Assembly: GCA_017444325.1 (NCBI GenBank)
Contig: JAFSWV010000034.1
Coordinates: forward strand, 1-35,403
DNA: 35,403 bases
Source: a bacterium
GTDB lineage: Bacteria > Auribacterota > UBA3054
Direction: 5' to 3'
Positions 1-7,265 of this stretch are shown here, piece by piece. The notes beneath the pieces are model-generated. The model saw nothing but the letters and a program-made list of their open reading frames with translations, ran no database searches and was not told the DNA's origin. Every line of letters begins with the position of its first letter. Within the stretch, counting starts at the first letter, position 1. Made by a program: the position numbers and the translations under genes.

Positions 1-918
1 GTCGGCTTCCATTTCCGTGACGCCGTGCTCCACCTGGACGCGGGCGTTCATTTCCATGAAGTAATAATCGTTTGTGTCTTCATCAATTATGAATTCCACA
101 GTGCCGGCGCCGACGTAATTGGCGGCCAGGGCGATGCGGCAGGCCGCTTCGCCCATTTCTTTCCTGCGTTTTTCATCAACTATGGGAGAAGGCGATTCTT
201 CCAAAAGCTTCTGGTGCCTTCTCTGCATGGTGCAGTCGCGCTCGCCAAGATGCACGCAGGTCCCGTCCTTGTCAGCCAATATCTGGACTTCCACATGGCG
301 GGATCTTTCCAAAAATTTCTCGATGTAAACTTCGGGGTTGCCGAAAGCCGCTTCGGCTTCTTTCCGCGCGGTCTCAAAAGCGTTCTGAAGTTCCTCCTCG
401 TTCCTGACGACGCGCATGCCGCGTCCGCCGCCGCCCGCGGAGGCTTTGACAATAATGGGATAGCCTATCCTGGCCGCTTCTTTAACAAGCGTAGGATAAT
501 CGTTGACCGCCCCTTCGCTGCCCGGGACCACGGGCACGTTGTTCTTTATGGCCATCGCCCTGGCGTTGGCTTTGTCGCCCAAAGCGGAGATAGCTTCGCT
601 CGTCGGCCCGATGAAAGTCATATCGCAGGAATTGATGATCTCGGCGAAATGGGCGTTCTCGGAAAGGAAGCCGTAGCCGGGATGGACCGCGTCGGCGTCG
701 GAGACTTCGCAGGCCGCGATGATCCTGGGGATGTTGAGATAGCTGTCGGAAGCCGGAGCTCTGCCGATGCAGTAAGCTTCGTCGGCGTACCTGACGTGCA
801 GCGAATTTCTGTCAGCCTCGGAAAAGACCGCCACGCTTGCTATACCCATCTCCCGACAGGCGCGGATAACTCTTAACGCGATCTCGCCCCTGTTGGCTAT
901 AAGTATCTTGCGAAACAT
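1..918 (-). CDS. accC: Acetyl-CoA carboxylase biotin carboxylase subunit, N-terminal ~306 codons. The 3' end lies beyond the window edge, which is why it is absent from the ORF track.
   Basis: Reverse-complement translation from the ATG at 918-916 reads [26 protein letters not shown]..., the canonical biotin-carboxylase N-terminus. It starts 4 nt after the accB stop. The + strand ORF 25..876 is its antisense shadow. Confidence 0.9.
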   Translation of the reverse strand, partial: MFRKILIANRGEIALRVIRACREMGIASVAVFSEADRNSLHVRYADEAYCIGRAPASDSYLNIPRIIAACEVSDADAVHPGYGFLSENAHFAEIINSCDMTFIGPTSEAISALGDKANARAMAIKNNVPVVPGSEGAVNDYPTLVKEAARIGYPIIVKASAGGGGRGMRVVRNEEELQNAFETARKEAEAAFGNPEVYIEKFLERSRHVEVQILADKDGTCVHLGERDCTMQRRHQKLLEESPSPIVDEKRRKEMGEAACRIALAANYVGAGTVEFIIDEDTNDYYFMEMNARVQVEHGVTEMEAD

Positions 919-922
919 TTCT

Positions 923-1414
923 TTATTCCGGACGCACTAAGAAGAGAGTCTGGCCGAATTCCACCGGCTGACCGTTGCCAACACAGATCTTGGCGATAAC
1001 GCCTCTCGTTTCCGCCTTGATCTCGCTCATGATCTTCATCGATTCGATCACAGCCACCGTAGTTTCCTCGTTGACAGTCTGTCCCTCTGTCACGAGCGGC
1101 GGGCTGTCCGGGCTGGCGGCGGCGTAGAAAGTTCCGACCATGGGAGAGTTGATGGGAATGAGGTTGCTTTCCGGTTTCGCATCAGTTTTTGGCTGAGCAG
1201 CCTTAACTTCTGGAGCCGGCTTTTGCGCAGTCGGTTCCGGAATGGAATTTAAAACTTCCTCCGGCGAAACTTTCAGCGTAGCGTAATCCTGGGCTGGCAC
1301 TCCGCCCTGAGGCCTCTTCAAAGAGATCTTGCCGTCGGCATTCTCGAAAGTGAATTCGCAGAGGCCGTAGGCGTCCATCAGTTTGAGAAAATGTTTGATT
1401 TCCTTGATATCCAT
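923..1414 (-). CDS. accB: Biotin carboxyl carrier protein of acetyl-CoA carboxylase
   Basis: 163 aa. It has a Pro/Ala-rich linker and a C-terminal biotinyl domain (...[23 protein letters not shown]...), which matches the E-[AS]-M-K biotinylation motif. It lies directly upstream of accC. A GGAG sits 11 nt before the ATG. Confidence 0.92.
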   Translation of the reverse strand: MDIKEIKHFLKLMDAYGLCEFTFENADGKISLKRPQGGVPAQDYATLKVSPEEVLNSIPEPTAQKPAPEVKAAQPKTDAKPESNLIPINSPMVGTFYAAASPDSPPLVTEGQTVNEETTVAVIESMKIMSEIKAETRGVIAKICVGNGQPVEFGQTLFLVRPE

Positions 1415-1444
1415 AGAATGAATAACTCCGTTATTATTCAGGAT

Positions 1445-1473
1445 ATTTTATGAAATCAGGGCAGATTTTGCAA
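1445..1473 (-). promoter_or_regulatory. Sigma-70-type promoter for accB-accC: TTGCAA (1473-1468), 17-nt spacer, TAAAAT (1450-1445)
   Basis: Read on the - strand. The hexamers and the 17-nt spacing are identical to the promoter at 3358-3386. The predicted TSS is ~24 nt upstream of the accB ATG. Confidence 0.5.
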
Positions 1474-1479
1474 ATATCG

Positions 1480-1519
1480 GGCCAAAATCGGCCGTTTTTG
1501 GCCAAAAATGGCCAAAAAC
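1480..1519. repeat. Four tandem 10-nt units (GGCCAAAATC / GGCCGTTTTT / GGCCAAAAAT / GGCCAAAAAC). These are helically phased A/T-tracts that can also form GGCCAAAA/TTTTGGCC hairpins.
   Basis: GGCC occurs at 1480, 1490, 1500 and 1510, an exact 10-nt period. The array lies between the stop of the 1519..2310 gene and the -35 box of the accB promoter. Confidence 0.6.
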
Positions 1520-2310
1520 TAAAATTGGATGGGAGAAAACATCACGCTGCCGTCTTCTATCGTGATGTTGTTCTGCTTCAACGCCTCGATAAGGTCGCCG
1601 CCGGCGGAAGAGGAGCTGGATTCGTCCTTGCGCCACTTGTTCTTAGGGGCGTTTTCCGCAAAAACGTTCCTGCCTTTGGCGCGGCTAACCGCAAAGCCCT
1701 CTTTCTCTATGCTCAAGCCTTTCTTAGGACTGACTTTAAGCGAGGCGACCAAATTTTCCAATGCCTTGGGATTCAAAACTTTGCGTTTGATCTTGATAAG
1801 GTCGTCCATAGGCACGTTCTCGTAACGCTCCTCGCCCTTGCAGGATACTTGCATCTGCAAACTTATGATGCGCATGACGGTCCCGTCCGCGGGCTGGCAG
1901 ACGATGGGATAGACCCTGAACATAAAGATCCTGAAACCATCTTCGTCGTACTGCTTGACGAATTCCACGCAGCTGTGGGGATATATGTCGGCGCCGGTCT
2001 TCTTGGCATTTTGATCCCTGACATAAAGGTTGTAACGGCCAGGAAGCTGCTCGCGACTCACTTTCGTCCGGCAACCGGCGTATTCCGCACCTTTGGGCGC
2101 CGCAATGTAAACATGCTTGCAAGGCAAAACCGGAGTCCCCTGCCCGTGCTCAACGTAATTAACGTCGTTGTCGGCATAGGAGAAGAAACTCGCGCCTTCC
2201 TTTTTTTCTTCCTTCAGTTTGGAAGAGTCAAAACTTATCGTAGCTTCTATGCTGGCTGCCATAAGCGTCGAGGACGCCAGGCAGATGAAGATCAAAAAAT
2301 ATTTGGTCAC
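1519..2310 (-). CDS. Secreted hypothetical protein with an N-terminal signal peptide. By eye the N-terminal half resembles a gingipain (C25) propeptide-type beta-sandwich, but no protease domain is present.
   Basis: 263 aa with a GTG start (2310-2308) preceded by AAGGAA. The signal-like N-terminus is MTKYFLIFICLASSTLMAASIEA. Codon pattern and composition favour this strand over the overlapping + ORF 1450..2313. Confidence 0.7.
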   Translation of the reverse strand: MTKYFLIFICLASSTLMAASIEATISFDSSKLKEEKKEGASFFSYADNDVNYVEHGQGTPVLPCKHVYIAAPKGAEYAGCRTKVSREQLPGRYNLYVRDQNAKKTGADIYPHSCVEFVKQYDEDGFRIFMFRVYPIVCQPADGTVMRIISLQMQVSCKGEERYENVPMDDLIKIKRKVLNPKALENLVASLKVSPKKGLSIEKEGFAVSRAKGRNVFAENAPKNKWRKDESSSSSAGGDLIEALKQNNITIEDGSVMFSPIQF

Positions 2311-2320
2311 TAATTATTCC

Positions 2321-3325
2321 TTAAAGGCCTTCTTTCATCACGTCGGCCATAGTGCGCTTACCCAGCGCATTGTAATTCTTTTTCGGGATCCTGCGAACGT
2401 TTTCCGGAGGTCTTCTGCGCAGTTCCTCAGCTTTCATATCCTTTTCGACTTCCTCTTTGGCGGTCACTGGGACGATTACTTCGGAGGCCGGTCTCAAACT
2501 GGTCGTACGCTGAACTGTCTCTTTTGGAGCTTTCTCATTGTTCTGCGTCCAGGAGGGCTGAGAGGGAGGAATGGGAGCGTCGCCGTGCACAGGCTTGATC
2601 TCTCCTCTGGAGGAGATGTAGTTGTTCTCTATTTTCGTAGGAGCATTGTCCAATTTTCTCGTAGTGAACTCGTCGATGTTGACAACGGGAACTGAACCGG
2701 GAAGCGCGCTTTCATCCTGCCAGGAAGGAGTAGAAACAACAATTTTTTCTTCCTCAACTTTAACTTCTTCCTTAACCTCTTCCGCCGTCTCGACGGCTTT
2801 GGCTGTTTTCTCTTCCTTTTCCAGGATTTGCGCGCCGTACTGGGCTACCAGTTTCTCTTCCGCTTCCTTTATCATGGCGTCCACTTCCGACATATCGATG
2901 GCTCTGGTGTCGTTGGTGATCGCTTCCGCCACTTCGTTTATGGTCTCTTTCATCGCCTGCTCTTTCACTTCTTCCTGAATGTCGGCCAAACTCTGGGCGA
3001 AATCATTGGAATCGGCTACAGAGATCAAAGTGCTCTTGGTATCAGCGCTGGCCGGACGGACAACGGACGGCGGAGTCTGGGAAGGGGCCGTCAGCGCCTC
3101 GGAGAGGATCTTGCGTTCTTCTTTCTCTTCCTTGACCTCTTCCTTTACGCTTTGCTCCTCTTCCGCTTTGGCAAGGCTCTGTTTTTCCACCTGCTTCTGC
3201 AGATCATACATCTGCGCCCTAAGTTTCTGCATCTCTTTTTCCGAACCGGAATTCTTCCACAAAGCAAAGGCCGCTATGGCTACGAGCGCCAGAACCAGCA
3301 AGACGTAAAAGATTTTTCTGAACAT
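2321..3325 (-). CDS. N-terminally membrane-anchored Glu/Lys-rich (coiled-coil-like) protein of unknown function
   Basis: 334 aa. It has one N-terminal TM helix (FYVLLVLALVAIAAFALW), long E/K-rich segments and a Pro-rich C-terminal part. An AGGAA sits 6 nt upstream of the ATG at 3325. Confidence 0.7.
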   Translation of the reverse strand: MFRKIFYVLLVLALVAIAAFALWKNSGSEKEMQKLRAQMYDLQKQVEKQSLAKAEEEQSVKEEVKEEKEERKILSEALTAPSQTPPSVVRPASADTKSTLISVADSNDFAQSLADIQEEVKEQAMKETINEVAEAITNDTRAIDMSEVDAMIKEAEEKLVAQYGAQILEKEEKTAKAVETAEEVKEEVKVEEEKIVVSTPSWQDESALPGSVPVVNIDEFTTRKLDNAPTKIENNYISSRGEIKPVHGDAPIPPSQPSWTQNNEKAPKETVQRTTSLRPASEVIVPVTAKEEVEKDMKAEELRRRPPENVRRIPKKNYNALGKRTMADVMKEGL

Positions 3326-3357
3326 AATGGATTCCTGAAATTTAAAGTGGGAAGGTC

Positions 3358-3386
3358 ATTTTATCATTTGCCAGTTACAATTGCAA
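3358..3386 (-). promoter_or_regulatory. Sigma-70-type promoter: TTGCAA (3386-3381), 17-nt spacer, TAAAAT (3363-3358)
   Basis: Read on the - strand. The position gives a ~26-nt leader that contains the AGGAA RBS of the 2321..3325 gene. Confidence 0.55.
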
Positions 3387-3558
3387 ACGCTTGTCGATAA
3401 GTTGGGGAATACCTGAGCAAAAGTTTATAAATATCTATTTTTAAGATATTTAACTTTTCGCCCAAAGTTTAGCTTCTTGTGGATAACTTGTAGATTTCCC
3501 GTGGTTGAGCACAGGATTTCCTCAAGATACTGACAGAGCGAAAGCAAAGGCGGCATAT

Positions 3559-3757
3559 GCTTGGGCCGCACACATCCCCCGCTCACGGACTGCGCGTGCG
3601 TCGTGCAAACTTAGCACATACCCCCCGCTCACGGACTACGCGTGCATGGCCTTGATTAGCGTTCTCCGTGAGTTCGCTTGGGGGTGCGTGCTAAGTTTGC
3701 ACTAGAACCTCGTTAGTTTCCTCCGTGAGTTCGCTTGGGGATATGTGCGGCCCAAGC
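3559..3757. repeat. Nested quasi-palindromic repeat element, copy 1. Two concentric hairpin layers each carry the same conserved motif pair.
   Basis: Outer arms are 3559-3575 and 3741-3757; inner arms are 3604-3621 and 3684-3701. The motif (t/a)CCCCCGCTCACGGACT(g/a)CGCGTGC occurs at 3575-3599 and 3620-3645. The motif CTCCGTGAGTTCGCTTGGGG occurs at 3664-3684 and 3721-3740. The same family appears in the opposite orientation at 16521-16690. Confidence 0.85.
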
Positions 3758-3766
3758 TTCTAGCTT

Positions 3767-5548
3767 CTAGCAACGCTTTAAGGCAAAACCAGCAGCCAAG
3801 AAAACCAACACAACCACGGTTGGTTCAGGTATGGGGTCGGTGCTTATGCCGAAGATGCCGGAGTAATTGGTGATGTTGTGGCCATGCAGGTCTTCCGCGA
3901 TGATGCGGACTCTCGCCCTGTCGGTTACCTGCTTGTAAGGGAAAGTTACCCAGGAATAATCCTTGTCCAGCTCGTAGTAATAATCCTCGCAGATGTTGAT
4001 CCAGGGCCCTTCAAAATCGTTGGTGGAGTAAGAGAGATAAAAAGCACGCCAGCCGTCCGAGGGCGCCTTGTACTCCCATTTGATGGGCTCCGTCATGGTG
4101 CGGTACAAGTCCCCCGCCGCCGGCTTTGTCACCTCCACGTATTCCGTGCCGTCCATAGGCGCGGGCTTCGGTGAGAGCTCCATCTCGACGGTGTAGAAAG
4201 TGTTGGAATTCAGAGGCCTTCTGGTGACCACGTTACCATAGCCGTAGGCGCTGCCGAATGAGACGTACCATCTGCCCTCCAGACCTTTTTCATAGCAGTC
4301 ATCCTTCGTCAGGGTAATAGTGTGCTCCGTACCCCTTTCAGAACTGAGGTAATCGTAAGCATAGCCGGCCTGCTGGTAGCGGTTGAAGAAGGGAATGTAA
4401 TTTTTTCTCAGGCCGCAGAGCACAGGCAAACCGGTATTGACTCTCACGACCAGCTGCGTCGTTCCTTCCGGAACGTTAAGTTCGAAAGAGAAGAAGCCCG
4501 CCAGATCCACGTCCTCCTGGCGTATCAGTTCATGTGAACCTATTGGGTAAGCGGCGATGTTCGGGTTCATGTACTTCGTGATCCAGTTCATCATATGCCC
4601 GCGGTGCAAGCCGACTTTTTCCGGCATATGCTTAAAGAACCAGATCTTGTGCTTGTAGTTGACGCCGCCGCCCCAGTCCGCGCAGGTCATGGTCCTGGGC
4701 ACCCAGTTAGTCATGTTGGGGAAATCGTACCAGCAGTCGGCGTAGCACTGGACCGGCGTGGTGTTGCCCCAGTCGTAGTCCCTGGTGGAGTTCGGAGCAT
4801 AGTGAACGTCGCCAATGCAGATGTTCTCGCTGGATTCGCTGCCGTGGGCCCTGTAGAGAGCCAGGTCGTGGACGTTGGTGTATCTGATGCCGCCGTCGAA
4901 GGAGTAAACATAGTTGTGGAAAGCGCCGCCCAGATGCCACTCGCAGCCGTGACCGAAATTTTCCATAGGAGTGTCGGAGCGCTCGATACTGGGCATGCAC
5001 ATCATGAACATCCTTTCGTTCTGCAGGGCGGAAAATCCGAAGGAATTGCAGCCGAAGGCGCCCTTGCCGAAAAGCTTGGTCTCGTTGGTGTTCATGCCGG
5101 GCCAGCCGTAGAGCCAGACCTGGTCGATCCTGCCGTCTTCGATGGCCGGGATCATCCAGGGCACGTCGTTTGTTAGGAAATGCGCATAGTCAAAGGATCC
5201 GCCAGGATGCTTGTCAGTCTCGCCTTTTTTCCAATAATCATAATAGCTCTGCTGGTTGAAGCGCTTGCCGCTGGTCATCAGAGGAAAGATGTTGAGGTTG
5301 GTAACCACCACGAAATTGGCTTTGACCATGCCGAAAGTTGCCTCCTTCCACCAGGATTTCTGGTCGTTGGCCATGGATTGCCCCGTGGGCCAGCCGAAGA
5401 CCGCGTTCAGGCGGCGCGCAGTGGACAGTTCCGCCACGTTGGTCATGAAGGGGTTGTAGCAGACCACCGCCACCTTCAGGTCAAGGTTGCCGACGGCCAG
5501 GCACTGGAAAGCAAAAAGCAGCGAAAAAAGCAGGCAGATTTTTTTCAT
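3767..5548 (-). CDS. Secreted protein with a C-terminal PEP-CTERM sorting signal (predicted exosortase substrate). The N-terminal ~450 aa have no recognisable function.
   Basis: 593 aa. The signal peptide is MKKICLLFSLLFAFQCLAVG. The extreme C-terminus ...DPIPEPTVVVLVFLAAGFALKRC shows the PEP motif, a hydrophobic helix and a basic tail. The body is rich in Cys, Trp and Tyr. Confidence 0.75.
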   Translation of the reverse strand: MKKICLLFSLLFAFQCLAVGNLDLKVAVVCYNPFMTNVAELSTARRLNAVFGWPTGQSMANDQKSWWKEATFGMVKANFVVVTNLNIFPLMTSGKRFNQQSYYDYWKKGETDKHPGGSFDYAHFLTNDVPWMIPAIEDGRIDQVWLYGWPGMNTNETKLFGKGAFGCNSFGFSALQNERMFMMCMPSIERSDTPMENFGHGCEWHLGGAFHNYVYSFDGGIRYTNVHDLALYRAHGSESSENICIGDVHYAPNSTRDYDWGNTTPVQCYADCWYDFPNMTNWVPRTMTCADWGGGVNYKHKIWFFKHMPEKVGLHRGHMMNWITKYMNPNIAAYPIGSHELIRQEDVDLAGFFSFELNVPEGTTQLVVRVNTGLPVLCGLRKNYIPFFNRYQQAGYAYDYLSSERGTEHTITLTKDDCYEKGLEGRWYVSFGSAYGYGNVVTRRPLNSNTFYTVEMELSPKPAPMDGTEYVEVTKPAAGDLYRTMTEPIKWEYKAPSDGWRAFYLSYSTNDFEGPWINICEDYYYELDKDYSWVTFPYKQVTDRARVRIIAEDLHGHNITNYSGIFGISTDPIPEPTVVVLVFLAAGFALKRC

Positions 5549-5578
5549 GGTTTATTGATCCTCAATTCTTATTAATTC

Positions 5579-5587
5579 ATTATAACA
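5579..5587 (-). promoter_or_regulatory. Extended -10 promoter element (TGtTATAAT on the - strand) for the PEP-CTERM protein gene
   Basis: The reverse complement of 5579-5587 is TGTTATAAT. It lies ~31 nt upstream of the ATG at 5548, and a GAGGA lies in the predicted leader. Confidence 0.4.
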
Positions 5588-5605
5588 AAAAGGGGGATGG
5601 CATTA

Positions 5606-5614
5606 TGCTATAAT
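5606..5614 (+). promoter_or_regulatory. Extended -10 promoter element (TGcTATAAT) for murB
   Basis: TGCTATAAT occupies 5606-5614. The ATG at 5621 lies 7 nt downstream, at the expected TSS, which would make the murB mRNA leaderless. Confidence 0.4.
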
Positions 5615-5620
5615 GTTTCC

Positions 5621-6553
5621 ATGCGTAACGATATTCCCCTAGCGCCATTGAACTGGTTCAAAACCGGCGGAAACGCCGAATATTTTTCCGAGCCGGAGAC
5701 TGTTGAGGACGCCCTGTCCGACCTGGCTTTCGCCAAAAGAGAAGGCTTCAACGTGAGCATTTTGGGCGAAGGCGCCAACACGCTCGTTTCTGATTCAGGA
5801 TGCAAGGGCCTCGTGCTCCACCCCTCCAACAAAGCGCTTTCCCTGGATAATAATTCTGAGGGAATTGTTTTGGAAGCCGGCTGCGGAGCGTTGGTACAGG
5901 ACGTAATCGATTACGCCCTCACGAACAACGCCCTGGGCTTGGAAGAATTCGCCGGGCTGCCTGGGACCGTCGGCGGAGCCGCTTTCATCAACGCCCACTT
6001 CTTTGAATTTTTCCTGGCGGATTTTCTGCTTTCGGCAAAGGTTATATCGCTTGATGGCGAAGTGAAAGAAGTTGACAAGAACTGGTTCGAATACGGTTAC
6101 GATATTTCGCGCCTCCATCGCGAGAAATGGCTCGTCTGGTCGGTAAAATTTCTTTTGAAAACTGGCAGCGAATTTGAGACTGCTTTCGCCAAAGGCAGAG
6201 CTTACGAGATCATCCGCCAAAGGTCCCGCCGCTATCCCAAGGAAAGGACCTGCGGCAGCTTCTTCAGAAATTTCCTGCCGGAAGAAGCTAATGGCAAAGT
6301 TCCGAGCGTTGCCTATTACCTCGACAAGATCGGCGTCAAGGGAACCTTGTCCTGCGGCCAGGCCATAGTTTCCAGAAAACACGCCAATATGCTGGAGACT
6401 AAAGAAGGAGCTACCTCCGCAGACGTCATAGGCTTGGCCCGCGAAATGCAGAAACTGGTCTATAAGAATTTCAATCTTGTGCCCGTTCCGGAATGCCGCT
6501 TTTTGGGCTTCCCCTCCTTCCCACTTTATACTAAGGATACCATCGATGGCTAA
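5621..6553 (+). CDS. murB: UDP-N-acetylenolpyruvoylglucosamine reductase
   Basis: The sequence MRNDIPLAPLNWFKTGGNAEYF...ILGEGANTLVSD... shows a MurB FAD-binding N-domain pattern. The ORF-track start at 5597 has its GGGGG run only 1 nt from the ATG, so I prefer the ATG at 5621. The start remains uncertain. Confidence 0.85.
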   Translation: MRNDIPLAPLNWFKTGGNAEYFSEPETVEDALSDLAFAKREGFNVSILGEGANTLVSDSGCKGLVLHPSNKALSLDNNSEGIVLEAGCGALVQDVIDYALTNNALGLEEFAGLPGTVGGAAFINAHFFEFFLADFLLSAKVISLDGEVKEVDKNWFEYGYDISRLHREKWLVWSVKFLLKTGSEFETAFAKGRAYEIIRQRSRRYPKERTCGSFFRNFLPEEANGKVPSVAYYLDKIGVKGTLSCGQAIVSRKHANMLETKEGATSADVIGLAREMQKLVYKNFNLVPVPECRFLGFPSFPLYTKDTIDG

Positions 6554-7265
6554 TGTTGATTGGCATTTTTTCAGCACTGTGCTGGATGTGAACTACGCCT
6601 TCCGCGCCCTTATCCCCGACAAATTCAAAGAAGACAAACAGCCGAAGATACTTTATCTTCTGCACGGCCTTTCCGACGATTACACCAATTGGACGCGCAT
6701 GACGAGTATAGAGCGCTATTGGGAAAAATACAATTCCGAACTGATCATCGTCATGCCCGATGGCGGACGTTCCTTCTATTCCGACACGACGGATTTCCAC
6801 GGCGGCAACTACGAAAGCTTTTTCATAAAAGAACTGATTCCCTATTTTGAGAGCCATCTGCCTATTAAGATCGGGAGGGAACAAAGAACGATCTGTGGCC
6901 TTTCCATGGGCGGCTACGGCTCCTTCAGGTTAGGGCTTAAGTTTCCCGAACTTTTTTCAGCCATCGGAAGCTTTTCCGGCGCGGTCGATTCCAGAAGATA
7001 TCTGCAACTGCCGGAATTCAGCGCCCGGCTCTGGGACGAATCGTCCAGGTTAGAGATCATCGCCAAGGATCTTACCAACGACAAAACGCCGCGCATAAAA
7101 TTCCTGTGCGGAACGGAAGATTTTCTCTTAGAGCACAACAGGGCTTGGGAAAAGTGGCTGACCGAGCACGGGATCGACCATGAATACAAGGAATATCCCG
7201 GCTGTCACAACTGGCTCTTCTGGGACACGCACCTTCCCGAGATGCTCGATTTCATAATGGCTTAA
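6546..7265 (+). CDS. Esterase-family alpha/beta hydrolase (esterase D / tributyrin-esterase-like)
   Basis: Contains ...ILYLLHGLSDDYTNWT... and the nucleophile elbow GLSMGGYG. I prefer the start at MANVDW (ATG 6546), which overlaps the murB stop by 8 nt (ATGGCTAA). The ORF-track start at 6477 lies inside murB. Confidence 0.8.
   Translation: MANVDWHFFSTVLDVNYAFRALIPDKFKEDKQPKILYLLHGLSDDYTNWTRMTSIERYWEKYNSELIIVMPDGGRSFYSDTTDFHGGNYESFFIKELIPYFESHLPIKIGREQRTICGLSMGGYGSFRLGLKFPELFSAIGSFSGAVDSRRYLQLPEFSARLWDESSRLEIIAKDLTNDKTPRIKFLCGTEDFLLEHNRAWEKWLTEHGIDHEYKEYPGCHNWLFWDTHLPEMLDFIMA

Noticed and set aside
2700-3250. Apparent repetitiveness within the 2321..3325 gene (reiterated GAA/AAG/GAG-rich stretches).
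   Set aside because: It reflects the Glu/Lys-rich low-complexity protein sequence. It is not a DNA-level tandem repeat, and the reading frame stays open and unambiguous.
3478-3486. A perfect DnaA box (TGTGGATAA, the reverse complement of TTATCCACA) in the 440-bp intergenic region.
   Set aside because: It is a single box with no cluster, no AT-rich unwinding repeats and no dnaA, dnaN or gidA neighbours. One chance occurrence of a 9-mer in about 70 kb of two-strand sequence is not improbable.
3505-3705. A 66-aa ORF inside repeat copy 1, and ORFs 16637..16831, 16668..16853 and 16684..17427 that run out of repeat copy 2.
   Set aside because: They are generated by the repeat sequence or are antisense to the aminotransferase gene. 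They have no RBS and no coding-like composition.
3559-3757. A possible CRISPR array, because a ~25-nt motif is repeated with intervening sequence.
   Set aside because: There are only two direct copies per locus. The intervening sequences are self-complementary stems rather than unique spacers. The repeats occur in both orientations, and no cas genes are nearby.
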